Notes: generated by a model not told the origin, from the sequence alone. A stretch of DNA of 64,000 bases from an uncultured bacterium (GCA_963825135.1 CAWGRW010000009.1:1728001-1792000), one strand, 5' to 3'; counted from the first letter of the stretch, positions 53,158-62,144 are shown. Program-made: numbers and translations.

Positions 53158-56100
53158 ATGTTTCAGACTCTCGATTCTGAGTTAAATGCTGTAAGTAGAA
53201 ATAAAAGATTATTGCTTTCTGATCATCTGTTCTCATGCGTTGTAATACCTGGTGATGATGCATCTGTAGAATTCATTAATTTATGTAATACAATATATCA
53301 GCATCTGGACCAAACGCGAATACAAGTTAATTTTTTGCCAGAAATAGATAAGCAAGCTGGATCATACGAGCAGCTATTCGATCAATTAGTTGATAACTGC
53401 ATTTTTGTTATTGCGATGAAAGGGGACTTTGAAAAGAGTTTATCATACGAGTATGGATATTTGAGAGGCATAAGAAAGCCAATTATTGTAATAAATACCA
53501 CAAATAATCCAACACCCGCCGATACAAAACATGATAGGGCCAATCATGATAATCATGAATCTACTCATAAAGAGATCTTGAATAAATTCATCGATTACAT
53601 TGACCTAGGTTCGGAATCACAACATGATCTTCCGGATCAATTTATAAACAAATTCGATCAAATCCTCTTAGAAATAATGGAAGGGTCTTTAATTAACTCC
53701 GATAAGATCATTAATGTAAATCAAGAAGTACCATTTAATGATATCAAAAATCTGATAAAGCGGATTTTAAAATATTATATATTACGGAATGATTACGGTT
53801 TACATGAGATCGATGAGATATTTAAATCGATTGATAAATTAGATGCAGATCAACATAAGAATCTCCCTTCGTTAGTACTAAACTGCTTACTTGCTCTTTC
53901 AATTGATTTATTGAGAGCACAAAATGATAAGAATCAAGTTCATGATATAGCAGAAAAGTGCATATCTATGTGTCAAACAATATTGGATAATGAAAAAGAT
54001 CTGGTATTTAAAGCAGTTATAGAGAAAAAGTTGGCTGATTTGCTGTTAATTTCCCCAGACCCGGATAATGAGGTTGGGAATCTTGAAAGAGCTGTAGATC
54101 TTTATAAAAAATCTAAAGAGTATTTAACAATAGATGACTATCCTCATTATTTAGTTTCAATAAATAATAATCTTGGTGTGGCGTTGAATGATTTATTCCG
54201 AATTCTAGGAGAATCAAAGTATCTGAATGAAGCGAATGATTACCTTTCTAACCTGGTGGCAGATCAAATTTCTTCAAATTCTAATTATGCGTTAGTTAAA
54301 TATAATCTTGGTATTACCAGGTTGGGGTTTGCTTCAGTGGTTGGTGCTCAATATGATTATTATGATGCACTTGAATGCTTCAATAGCTTTCTAATGGATT
54401 CTTTTTACCTCCATAATAATGAAGAATTTTTGGATATTGAAATCAACATTGGGTCTATTTATTTTACAATTGCTCAAGAGCAAAACGATCAACTATGTTG
54501 CGAGAGATCAATAGGAGTATTTCAAAATATTCTAGGTTTATGCTCTACTCAAATTCATGAAATGGAGTACGGAATTATTAACCGCAGTCTCGGTGACATT
54601 TATAGCTTTCTTGACGCTTTAAGACCAGATAATATTGAAACGAAGCTGAATATTATTGGATTTTATGAAGAAGCTTTAAAAATATATACATTAGATAAAT
54701 TCCCAGATGAATATTGTTGTATAAGGTTCAAATTAGCAGATGCACTAAGTACACTTAGGCGACGACACGATTTGGAAAGTGCGTCAGAAATCTTCAATCA
54801 ACTTTTGAGTACTCCAATTCTTGAGTCTTACAACTACAATTATGCTCTTATTCAAAAGAAACTTGCCAGCTTATACTTAAGGTTAGCCAAAATGGATATG
54901 AGTAAGAATTATCACTCTATGGCTTTAGAGAGTTACGAAGATGCATTGTCTCAATTCTCTTCAATGAAAGACGAATACGAGATTGCTGATCTAAAAAAGT
55001 ATTTGGGAGATTTGTACATTCTCGATGCGAAGGAGAAAAGTGATTTCTCTTTATATCTAAAAGCTACAGAGGCTTATCAAGATGCACTTAGTTATTTTAC
55101 AAGAGATAAGTTCCCATTGGTTTTTGCCTCACTCAAGATGAAACTCGGTGATCTAAATAGAATGATCGCAGAATATCAGAATTCTATCGATGATTATAAT
55201 GATGCTATTCGTGCTTATGAGGAATCTCTTAATATTTATAATTCTTATGAATTTCAAAAAGAATCATGGGAAGTGCATAAGAAGATTAGCGATACATATA
55301 TGACCTTGGGAGACATCAAATCTAATTCACAATATCCAGATGAGGCGATCACTTATTATACTGAGGCTCTAAAATTCCTAACAAATCAAAGCTCACCGAT
55401 TGAAAAGGGGAATGTTCTGAGAAAACTAGGTAATGAGCATGTTCAATTTTCTAGAATTGTATTCCGTACTCAAAATTTAAAACATGCTCTCGAATATTAC
55501 GAGAAAGCCCTACTGTATTACAATCCTGACGAGTTTCCATCCGAATATGAAGAGATAAGAATTAATATGGGAACAAATTTCAGGATATTAGCAGTTCTTG
55601 AAAAAGAGAGGGGCAACTTGAAAGATGCAATCTCATTTTATGAGAGAGCTGCTGAGTTTATTTCAATTAACAACAATCCAGATAAATACGCTTCACTGAT
55701 GGTCGCAATTGGATCCATATACAAACAACTATCGCAGATTGAAAATGAAGTAGTTAATAGCAAAAAAGCTATCGAGTATTATATCAATGGATTAGTTGTT
55801 TATAATCCACAAGATCATCCTCATGAGCATGGTACTTTACAAAAACATCTGGGGTTAACATATATAGATATAGCCGAGAAAGAGAATTATCTCGAAAATA
55901 TAAGAAATGCATATAAAGCATTTGAAGCATCTCATAAAATATATTCAGTCGAAGACAATCCCGAAGATTTGTTATTTGTGGAGAGTAAATTGTCGGAACT
56001 GAGTAGAAAGATTTCAAATGGAGACAACAGCACTTCAAATCAAAATGTGCTTCAGGATTCAAGCTATGATAATTTGACGACGCTTGATCCAATCAATTCT

Positions 56101-57873
56101 GCTCTCAACAATCATGAAATCGCTGAACAAATGATGACACTTGACCAACCGGCTGAATTTAAAGATATGGACTCCAATAGAGAGGGCTTGAAAGAAGTAA
56201 GAGTTGAAACAGAGGAGTTCAGTCCATTAAATTTGGAAATAGACTTAACTAATAACGAATTAAATGATGATTCAGAATCTATTGAACGCCTAGATCAGCT
56301 CATCAGTGAGACATCTCCAGTGGAATCGCCAAAGCTTCATGCATACCTAAATTATAAGATTGGCAATGCTTATCAAAATATTGGCAAATCTCACGGTTCC
56401 TCACAAAATTACAAAGAAGCAATAAGATATTATGCTCAAGCCTTAAAATATTATACATATGAGGAATACCCATATGAATATGCTTGTATAAATGGCGAAC
56501 TTGCAACTACTTATAAATATCTAGGCGACTCATCTGGCGATTTAAAAAACTATGAGGTTGCAATAGAATTATACAATGAGTCATTAGGACTAATTAAGAT
56601 TGATGAGCATCCCATTGAATTCGGGAATTATAACCTAAATATGGGACTCATTTTTAGTGAATTTAGCAGAATTCTTCAACTCAAAAAGCATCATGAAAAT
56701 GCGATACATGCATATAATGAAGCACTAAAGGTTTTTGAATCGAGCGAATATCCTTATGAGTATGGATTAATTCAGATTAAGCTAGGTTCCGTTTATAGCA
56801 TGCTTGCTTATTATGAATATTACTCCTATAACTGTCTAAAATCTGCTGAAGCTTACAAGCAAGCACTAACCGTATACGACTTCGAGAATTTCCCTAATGA
56901 ATTTGCAGAGATTCAAAAAGAACTGGGCATCTTATATTTGAATTCTGGTTTAAATGATATGGATAATAATAATTTCTTGTTATCTGTAAAATCATTCGAA
57001 GAAGCACTAAAACACTATAACTTAGAAAATTACCCAGCGGATTATGGGTTAATAAAAATAAAAGAAGCTAAATCTTATGAATATTTATCCAAAGCTTCCG
57101 AGGAATCATATTATCTGAGACAAAGTATCGATGCTTATAAAGATGCAATTAAATATTATACCCATGAGACTTATCCAGATGTATTTGCTTCAATAGCATT
57201 AAGTTTAGGCGATGTTTATCATAATATCGGTAAGCTAGAAAACACAGACATAGATCAAAGAATTGCAATTGAATACTATAAGCAGGCTCTTATGGTTTAT
57301 AATTCAATTGAGTTTCCTCTAGAGTATGCAACTACAGAATATAATATAGGAATGGCATACTTAATGCTTTCAGATTCTGGGCAACTAAAAGAAAATATCA
57401 TTAATGCGATAAATTCCCTCAAAGCATCATCAAAAGTCTATTCGAAAATAGGGCTATCTGATCAGTATGGAAGTTGTGAGAATAATCTTGGCATAGCGTA
57501 TATGCAAATTGCGAATGAGCCGGAAGGTAGTGCTTATCTGTCGTTAGCTCAAGAATGTTTTGAGAAGGCGATTAAAGTCAGGACTTGTGAAAAACAGCCG
57601 CTCGAATTTGCCAATACGCAGTTTAATTTAGGGGCTTTATTCATGACACTCTATAAGAACGAGAAAGAAACAGAATATGCCGAAAGGTCTGTACAAGCTT
57701 ATGAAAAGGCTCTGCAAATCTACATCGTAGATAAATTCCCGGCTGAATACAACACAATACAAAATAATCTTTCATGGATGAATCAAACACTTGCTAAAGA
57801 AAAAGATGAAAACAAGTCTTATGATGATAGCTGGACTTACCTACGAAAGTCTACTCCGAATAATTTAAATTAA
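53158..57873 (+). CDS. Large TPR-like repeat protein with an N-terminal nucleoside-deoxyribosyltransferase/TIR-like domain
   Basis: N-terminal CIFVIA...SYEYGYLRGIRKPIIVI; about 26 repeats of about 47 aa (A..YEEALK.Y....FP.EY...Q..LG..Y) in two arrays split by an acidic linker; GGAG SD. Confidence 0.85.
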   Translation: MFQTLDSELNAVSRNKRLLLSDHLFSCVVIPGDDASVEFINLCNTIYQHLDQTRIQVNFLPEIDKQAGSYEQLFDQLVDNCIFVIAMKGDFEKSLSYEYGYLRGIRKPIIVINTTNNPTPADTKHDRANHDNHESTHKEILNKFIDYIDLGSESQHDLPDQFINKFDQILLEIMEGSLINSDKIINVNQEVPFNDIKNLIKRILKYYILRNDYGLHEIDEIFKSIDKLDADQHKNLPSLVLNCLLALSIDLLRAQNDKNQVHDIAEKCISMCQTILDNEKDLVFKAVIEKKLADLLLISPDPDNEVGNLERAVDLYKKSKEYLTIDDYPHYLVSINNNLGVALNDLFRILGESKYLNEANDYLSNLVADQISSNSNYALVKYNLGITRLGFASVVGAQYDYYDALECFNSFLMDSFYLHNNEEFLDIEINIGSIYFTIAQEQNDQLCCERSIGVFQNILGLCSTQIHEMEYGIINRSLGDIYSFLDALRPDNIETKLNIIGFYEEALKIYTLDKFPDEYCCIRFKLADALSTLRRRHDLESASEIFNQLLSTPILESYNYNYALIQKKLASLYLRLAKMDMSKNYHSMALESYEDALSQFSSMKDEYEIADLKKYLGDLYILDAKEKSDFSLYLKATEAYQDALSYFTRDKFPLVFASLKMKLGDLNRMIAEYQNSIDDYNDAIRAYEESLNIYNSYEFQKESWEVHKKISDTYMTLGDIKSNSQYPDEAITYYTEALKFLTNQSSPIEKGNVLRKLGNEHVQFSRIVFRTQNLKHALEYYEKALLYYNPDEFPSEYEEIRINMGTNFRILAVLEKERGNLKDAISFYERAAEFISINNNPDKYASLMVAIGSIYKQLSQIENEVVNSKKAIEYYINGLVVYNPQDHPHEHGTLQKHLGLTYIDIAEKENYLENIRNAYKAFEASHKIYSVEDNPEDLLFVESKLSELSRKISNGDNSTSNQNVLQDSSYDNLTTLDPINSALNNHEIAEQMMTLDQPAEFKDMDSNREGLKEVRVETEEFSPLNLEIDLTNNELNDDSESIERLDQLISETSPVESPKLHAYLNYKIGNAYQNIGKSHGSSQNYKEAIRYYAQALKYYTYEEYPYEYACINGELATTYKYLGDSSGDLKNYEVAIELYNESLGLIKIDEHPIEFGNYNLNMGLIFSEFSRILQLKKHHENAIHAYNEALKVFESSEYPYEYGLIQIKLGSVYSMLAYYEYYSYNCLKSAEAYKQALTVYDFENFPNEFAEIQKELGILYLNSGLNDMDNNNFLLSVKSFEEALKHYNLENYPADYGLIKIKEAKSYEYLSKASEESYYLRQSIDAYKDAIKYYTHETYPDVFASIALSLGDVYHNIGKLENTDIDQRIAIEYYKQALMVYNSIEFPLEYATTEYNIGMAYLMLSDSGQLKENIINAINSLKASSKVYSKIGLSDQYGSCENNLGIAYMQIANEPEGSAYLSLAQECFEKAIKVRTCEKQPLEFANTQFNLGALFMTLYKNEKETEYAERSVQAYEKALQIYIVDKFPAEYNTIQNNLSWMNQTLAKEKDENKSYDDSWTYLRKSTPNNLN

Positions 57874-58027
57874 CTTATATAGACATCGACTCTCTGAATC
57901 TCGCTGATCGGTTATGTGTTTGCCGCAGTTGACTCCTCAACATAAAGGAGAAGCCTCACCTATCTTATGGATTTAAATGTAGAGAAGTCATTCACTTGCA
58001 GCTCATATATCCAAAAACCTGGTGCCA

Positions 58028-58053
58028 GGGTTCGAGTCCCGTCGTCCCCGCCA
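58028..58053 (+). other. 3'-end fragment of a different tRNA (Asp-like), probable att scar
   Basis: GGGTTCGAGTCCCGTCGTCCCCGCCA = T-loop, acceptor 3' strand, G73 and CCA; no 5' half upstream. Confidence 0.7.
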
Positions 58054-58351
58054 GTCGCTAATGAACATTCCCAAATATTTTATTGATAAAAAGGATAAGA
58101 GGGAAATTGATCCATTAGAAGAGCTTAAGAAGAAGAAAACAAGAAGGAGGGCCATGTTATGACTTGATATATGCATAATAATGTGATTTTGTGTTTACTT
58201 GTATAAGGGATCTGATTATAGTTTTGATCAAAAGGGCATATAGTTTCATCTAACCAGCGTCCAACGGATTGGTTAGAAATATAGGGAAATTGCTGTGTTC
58301 CAACGTGCTAAAAGGAGCCTCGGATTGAGCTGTTTTTCTTCACGGTCGGCC

Positions 58352-58379
58352 TTGCAACAATTTCAAAATATTGTAGATT
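58352..58379 (+). promoter_or_regulatory. Sigma70 promoter of tRNA-Pro (second copy at 52572-52599)
   Basis: TTGCAA-N16-TAGATT followed by a GC-rich stretch just before the tRNA. Confidence 0.65.
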
Positions 58380-58391
58380 TATACGTCCGGC

Positions 58392-58469
58392 CGGGGTGTA
58401 GCTCAGATTGGCTAGAGCGTTGCGTTCGGGACGCAGAGGCCGCCGGTTCAAGTCCGGCCACCCCGACCA
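58392..58469 (+). tRNA. tRNA-Pro(CGG)
   Basis: Full cloverleaf: CGGGGTG/CACCCCG acceptor, GCTC/GAGC D-stem, TTGCG-TTCGGGA-CGCAG, GCCGG-TTCAAGT-CCGGC, A-CCA. Confidence 0.97.
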
Positions 58470-58569
58470 TTCTTACTTCTATCAGTCCTTCGGGATAGCC
58501 TGTAACCATCGAATTTTCGACAAAATCTGAATAACCAATCCCATTCATGGACGGATCGCTCGCACGAAG

Positions 58570-58878
58570 TCAGTCTTGGGAGTTCGATTTGCTGCTTTTG
58601 ACCGTTGTCCCCTCAGCAGGGGCAGGAGTAGGAGCAGGCGTAGGTTGTAATTGGCGTTCGCTTGAGTTCGACTTGCTGCCTTTGACCGTTGTCCCTTCAA
58701 CGGGCTCAGGGGCGGGAGTAGGAGCTGGTGTAGGCGTAGGTTGTAATTGGCGTTCGCTGGTGTTCGACTTGCTGCCTTTGACCGTTGTCGGATTGGCATA
58801 TGCCATATGTACCGTCAAATGAGCTGCAAAAATCCCTAAAAATAGAAATACGGAAAATAGATATATTAGACGCTTCAT
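58570..58878 (-). CDS. Secreted 102-aa protein with three TTVK(G/S)SKSN repeats and Pro/Thr linkers
   Basis: GGAG SD before ATG 58878; signal peptide ending AYA; repeats visible at DNA level. Confidence 0.8.
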   Translation of the reverse strand: MKRLIYLFSVFLFLGIFAAHLTVHMAYANPTTVKGSKSNTSERQLQPTPTPAPTPAPEPVEGTTVKGSKSNSSERQLQPTPAPTPAPAEGTTVKSSKSNSQD

Positions 58879-58990
58879 TTTAATAACTCCTTGAAACCGA
58901 GTTTGATACTTGTAGCCTTGCAAATATCGTATGAGCACCTATTTACCCTGTCCGGCCCATAAATTTGAAAATGACTCACTGCCCGAAAAA

Positions 58991-59034
58991 GGGACTGAGA
59001 GGCCGCCGGTTCAAGTCCGGCCGCCCCGGCCATT
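58991..59034 (+). repeat. Degenerate copy of the tRNA-Pro 3' half (attR-like)
   Basis: 40/44 identity to 58428-58471. Confidence 0.85.
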
Positions 59035-59055
59035 AGTTTCAAAAGCCCTCACTCT

Positions 59056-60147
59056 TTAGCGTAAGAATAAGGCCATAAGGATCTCCGCCAGGATCAATGC
59101 AATAATTATCAGCTCCAGGGCCTGGCTTTGGGTCGTCCGCACCCGGTCGGTCAGCAGCTGATACAGGCTTGCGATAATGTCGAGCTTGCGCGAAATGGAG
59201 CTCTCCCAATCCTGAAGATAGAGTCTTCGAGCGCCGACGGCATGAACCCTGGCCAGATAGAGATCCCCTATCAGCTTAAGTGCATTATCAACCCTCTCGG
59301 TCAGCAACAGCGATTCGAGTCTCAGCTCGGCCAGTGCTTGTATCGCTTTCCGATTTGGTGTGCGTAGCGGCATTGACCAATCTCCTCGTTTGAGAGCGAG
59401 ACCCTGATAATCGCCGATGCGCCGATCCAGCTGCTCGTCGATATAACGCGCTTCTAATAACTCCACGTTGAGTAATTCCAAGACATTGACGGTATCGTGA
59501 TAATCACGATCATAAACAAGCGCCGCATTCCAATCCACAATGACTAGATCGTTCTCGTAGTAAGAGAGCCTTTGGTTCAGCGCTTCCTCCTGCTGCTCCA
59601 GACTGAGCGGCTGAGTTTCAAACCGCAGAACCTGTGCTACGAGTGAGCCGTGCCGCGCCAGCAAATCGGCGGCGGACCAGGGTCGGTCAAATTCCTCTAT
59701 GACGAACAAATAATAATCTTCTACCAGAGGCGATAATTCAGGCCGGACTATTGCAGAGCGGTTTTCTTCCAGGAATGCCTGTATCTGTTCCTTCGCCTGA
59801 GCTTCCAGATTAAGGTCATAAAGAGTCCGACTGAGTGGTTGCAAATCCGCCAGTGAAAGGGCTTGCCGGCCTGCGGGCAGCGGCCATTGATATGCTATGC
59901 TGGCGGCGCCGAAATCAAAGACCGTGACCTGCGCCCGCCCCGCTTCAGAGAGAATGGGCTTTATCTCTCCCAAATGCACGACGAGAGGGGGCTTCGAATA
60001 CTGTAAGAAAGTCGGAGTCTGCTTTTTGGGCGAGAGCGGCGGCACAGGGGCTGATGAAGGCAATTCGCTGAGTTTCTCGAGCGCCACCTCGAAGCCGATG
60101 TCAAAGGCGAAGAGAGCTATTACTCTGCCGTTTGAGAGCATCGTCAT
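59056..60147 (-). CDS. Conserved hypothetical protein, RMD1/DUF155-like with C-terminal TM
   Basis: FAFDIG.E, EDY..F, SYY..DLVIVDWNAA, helical C-terminal region, ending LELIIIALILAEI. Confidence 0.6.
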   Translation of the reverse strand: MTMLSNGRVIALFAFDIGFEVALEKLSELPSSAPVPPLSPKKQTPTFLQYSKPPLVVHLGEIKPILSEAGRAQVTVFDFGAASIAYQWPLPAGRQALSLADLQPLSRTLYDLNLEAQAKEQIQAFLEENRSAIVRPELSPLVEDYYLFVIEEFDRPWSAADLLARHGSLVAQVLRFETQPLSLEQQEEALNQRLSYYENDLVIVDWNAALVYDRDYHDTVNVLELLNVELLEARYIDEQLDRRIGDYQGLALKRGDWSMPLRTPNRKAIQALAELRLESLLLTERVDNALKLIGDLYLARVHAVGARRLYLQDWESSISRKLDIIASLYQLLTDRVRTTQSQALELIIIALILAEILMALFLR

Positions 60148-60249
60148 GCGATTAAGTCTACAGTCTGCGTAGGGGTTTTTCCATGAAGCGATTTTAGGAT
60201 GTTTTACGGTCTAACCATGGAGTTGATTCAAGCTTCAGGAGCTACGGGC

Positions 60250-60277
60250 AAAAAAAGGGGAGCTTCTGCTCCCCTTT
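60250..60277 (-). terminator. Rho-independent terminator
   Basis: AAAGGGGAGC-TTCT-GCTCCCCTTT stem-loop with a U7 tail on the minus strand, 25 bp after the 60302 stop. Confidence 0.85.
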
Positions 60278-60301
60278 CATGACCATTAAGAATTTTCTTC
60301 C

Positions 60302-60622
60302 TTATTTAGCTGCATCATCCGGCATATCGCCACCGGGCGCCTCGCCTTCCGTGGACTTATCCGGGGTCCCCGTATCTGCTCCGGAACCGTTGGTCGCTTC
60401 GTCCGGCATATCGCCGCCGGGCTGCTCGCCCTGGGTGGCCTTGTCGGCAGCGCCGGTAGCGGCTCCCGAACCGTTGGTCGCTTCATCCGGCATATCACCG
60501 CCGGGCTGCTCGCCTGCGGGGTCGTTCTGCGCTACAGCGGATACACTGCTGAAAAAGGAATTTCCACCGAAGGAAAGTCCCGTCACCAACAATATAGCAA
60601 ACAAAATAGCAATCACTCTCAT
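60302..60622 (-). CDS. Secreted acidic 106-aa protein with three GE(Q/A)PGGDMPD repeats
   Basis: GGAGG SD, signal peptide, 28-aa repeat period, own terminator. Confidence 0.8.
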   Translation of the reverse strand: MRVIAILFAILLVTGLSFGGNSFFSSVSAVAQNDPAGEQPGGDMPDEATNGSGAATGAADKATQGEQPGGDMPDEATNGSGADTGTPDKSTEGEAPGGDMPDDAAK

Positions 60623-60685
60623 ATCTTCAAAACCTCCTGATTTTTTTTACCGACCGAGTTCCCCGGCCAGCTTAGCTAATTATAA

Positions 60686-60701
60686 TGCAAATTCTGTACC
60701 A
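60686..60701 (-). promoter_or_regulatory. Sigma54 -24/-12 promoter
   Basis: Minus strand TGGTAC-AGAAT-TTGCA, 64 bp upstream of the 60622 start. Confidence 0.7.
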
Positions 60702-60861
60702 AGAAAACATGGACTTAAAGATTTAGTTTTAACGGCCTGTTGCATCATATAGCTTATATTCGGGGCAAAAATATAGCTCGCGGATGCGTTAAAAACCACA
60801 TCAAATTGTGTAAAATGGCACATTGTATAATGTTTCGGTTCATAGTTCGGCATGGCTCGAA

Positions 60862-62019
60862 TCATGCGCGGAAATTTTTAAGGGCTTCCTTCATTCTGGA
60901 GACCGAAAGCTTACGCAGGGCTTTCTTTTCGATCTGCCTGATCCTCTCCCTCGTGAGCTTGAATTTCATGCCTATATCGTCAAGCGTAACCACATCGCTC
61001 CTGTCTATCCCGAATCGCATCCTTAACACCTCCTCTTCTTTGACGCTCAGAAGGGCCAGAGATTTGCGGATGCTTTCCTTTAATTCGAAATCCACCACCA
61101 GTTGATCGGGCGAGGAAGATTCTTCATCCTCGATAAAATCGTAAAGTGTCCTTCTCTCTCCGTCTACCGGGGAGTCGAGGCTCACGGACTCGTTTGTGAT
61201 TTTCAATATCCGGCTGACGTATTTGAGCGGTACACCCGATTGCTCAGAGATATCATCGGCTGTCGGATTCTTGCCGGATTCTTTTAAGAGTCTCGATTTC
61301 GTCCGGTAGACCCTGCTCGTCACTTCAAGGAGGTACACCGGCACTCTCACTGCTCCCCTGTGAACAAGAATCGCCCGAGTTATGGCCTGATATATCCACC
61401 ATGACGCGTACGTCGAAAATCTGAACCCTTTTAAATGGTCGTATCTTTCTATCGCCTTCATGAGACCGATATTGCCTTCCTGAATGAGGTCGAGGAAGGG
61501 GAGGCCGTGGTTCACGTATCTCTTTGCTATGCTTATTACCAATCTGAGATTGGCGCTCGCGAACCTCTTCTTCAACTTCTCCGCCTGATGAGTGTAAGCT
61601 TTGAGGGAGGCGTTGAGCCTGTTTCTGTCTCTTCTTCGGTCAAGGTGACCGTTATCTTTTCTTTCGCTTCCATTGTCATCGAGTGTTCTTTCCAGATACG
61701 TCCTAATCTGCTTAATCTTGAATTCGCATTTTTTTATCTTTGCCGGAATCTCCACCTCTTCCTTGAGCGTGAGAAGGGGCTCTTTTGAAATATCCCTGAA
61801 ATAATCGTTCAGTATTCTGAATTGTTCGTCCTGTCCGTCGTGAATGACGGCCCTCTCCGGGAACTCGGATTCGGTAACGTCGAAAACATCCGCAGCCTCT
61901 GCCGCGCTGAACAGGTCTTCGTCCGTAAAATTCTCGTCTTCCGCGTCCTCATCGAAGCGGTCAGGGTGGCTTTCCGTCCCAATTTCCGATGTCTGGATTT
62001 CATCGTATTTCATGGTCAC
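60862..62019 (-). CDS. RpoD/RpoS-like (non-primary) sigma-70 factor
   Basis: ANLRLVISIAKRY, DLIQEGNIGLMKA, FSTYASWWI.QAI, SLD.P and TRERIRQIE..AL.KL; short acidic N-terminus instead of a recognisable region 1.1. Confidence 0.9.
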   Translation of the reverse strand: MTMKYDEIQTSEIGTESHPDRFDEDAEDENFTDEDLFSAAEAADVFDVTESEFPERAVIHDGQDEQFRILNDYFRDISKEPLLTLKEEVEIPAKIKKCEFKIKQIRTYLERTLDDNGSERKDNGHLDRRRDRNRLNASLKAYTHQAEKLKKRFASANLRLVISIAKRYVNHGLPFLDLIQEGNIGLMKAIERYDHLKGFRFSTYASWWIYQAITRAILVHRGAVRVPVYLLEVTSRVYRTKSRLLKESGKNPTADDISEQSGVPLKYVSRILKITNESVSLDSPVDGERRTLYDFIEDEESSSPDQLVVDFELKESIRKSLALLSVKEEEVLRMRFGIDRSDVVTLDDIGMKFKLTRERIRQIEKKALRKLSVSRMKEALKNFRA

Positions 62020-62144
62020 TTTCCTCTCTTAAGTTCTCGGGAGTTTTTTTCATCGAATACCGAATACCGTTCGACGGCGAGGAGGGCCCGGTGCATACAG
62101 GGGTTCCCGGGTATATCGCCTTCTCTCTTCTTGGTACTTCTTAT

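Larger units (their letters stand above)
52566..58435. mobile_element. AT-rich genomic island integrated at tRNA-Pro, apparently integrase-defective
   Basis: 90-bp flanking direct repeat with 5780-bp offset; sharp drop in GC; a single large cargo gene. Confidence 0.85.

Noticed and set aside
58061..58162. 33-aa basic ORF MNIPKYFIDKK...
   Set aside because: No SD and no motif; probably decayed island sequence
58295..58548. ORFs overlapping the tRNA
   Set aside because: Spurious translations of the tRNA and its promoter
58919..58935. Sigma54 promoter for the TTVKGSKSN peptide
   Set aside because: Has TTGCA at -12 but lacks the invariant GG at -24 (TCATAC)
58570..60530. CRISPR-like arrays in the short repeats
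   Set aside because: The repeats are in-frame coding repeats with related spacers, only three units each, and no cas genes are present
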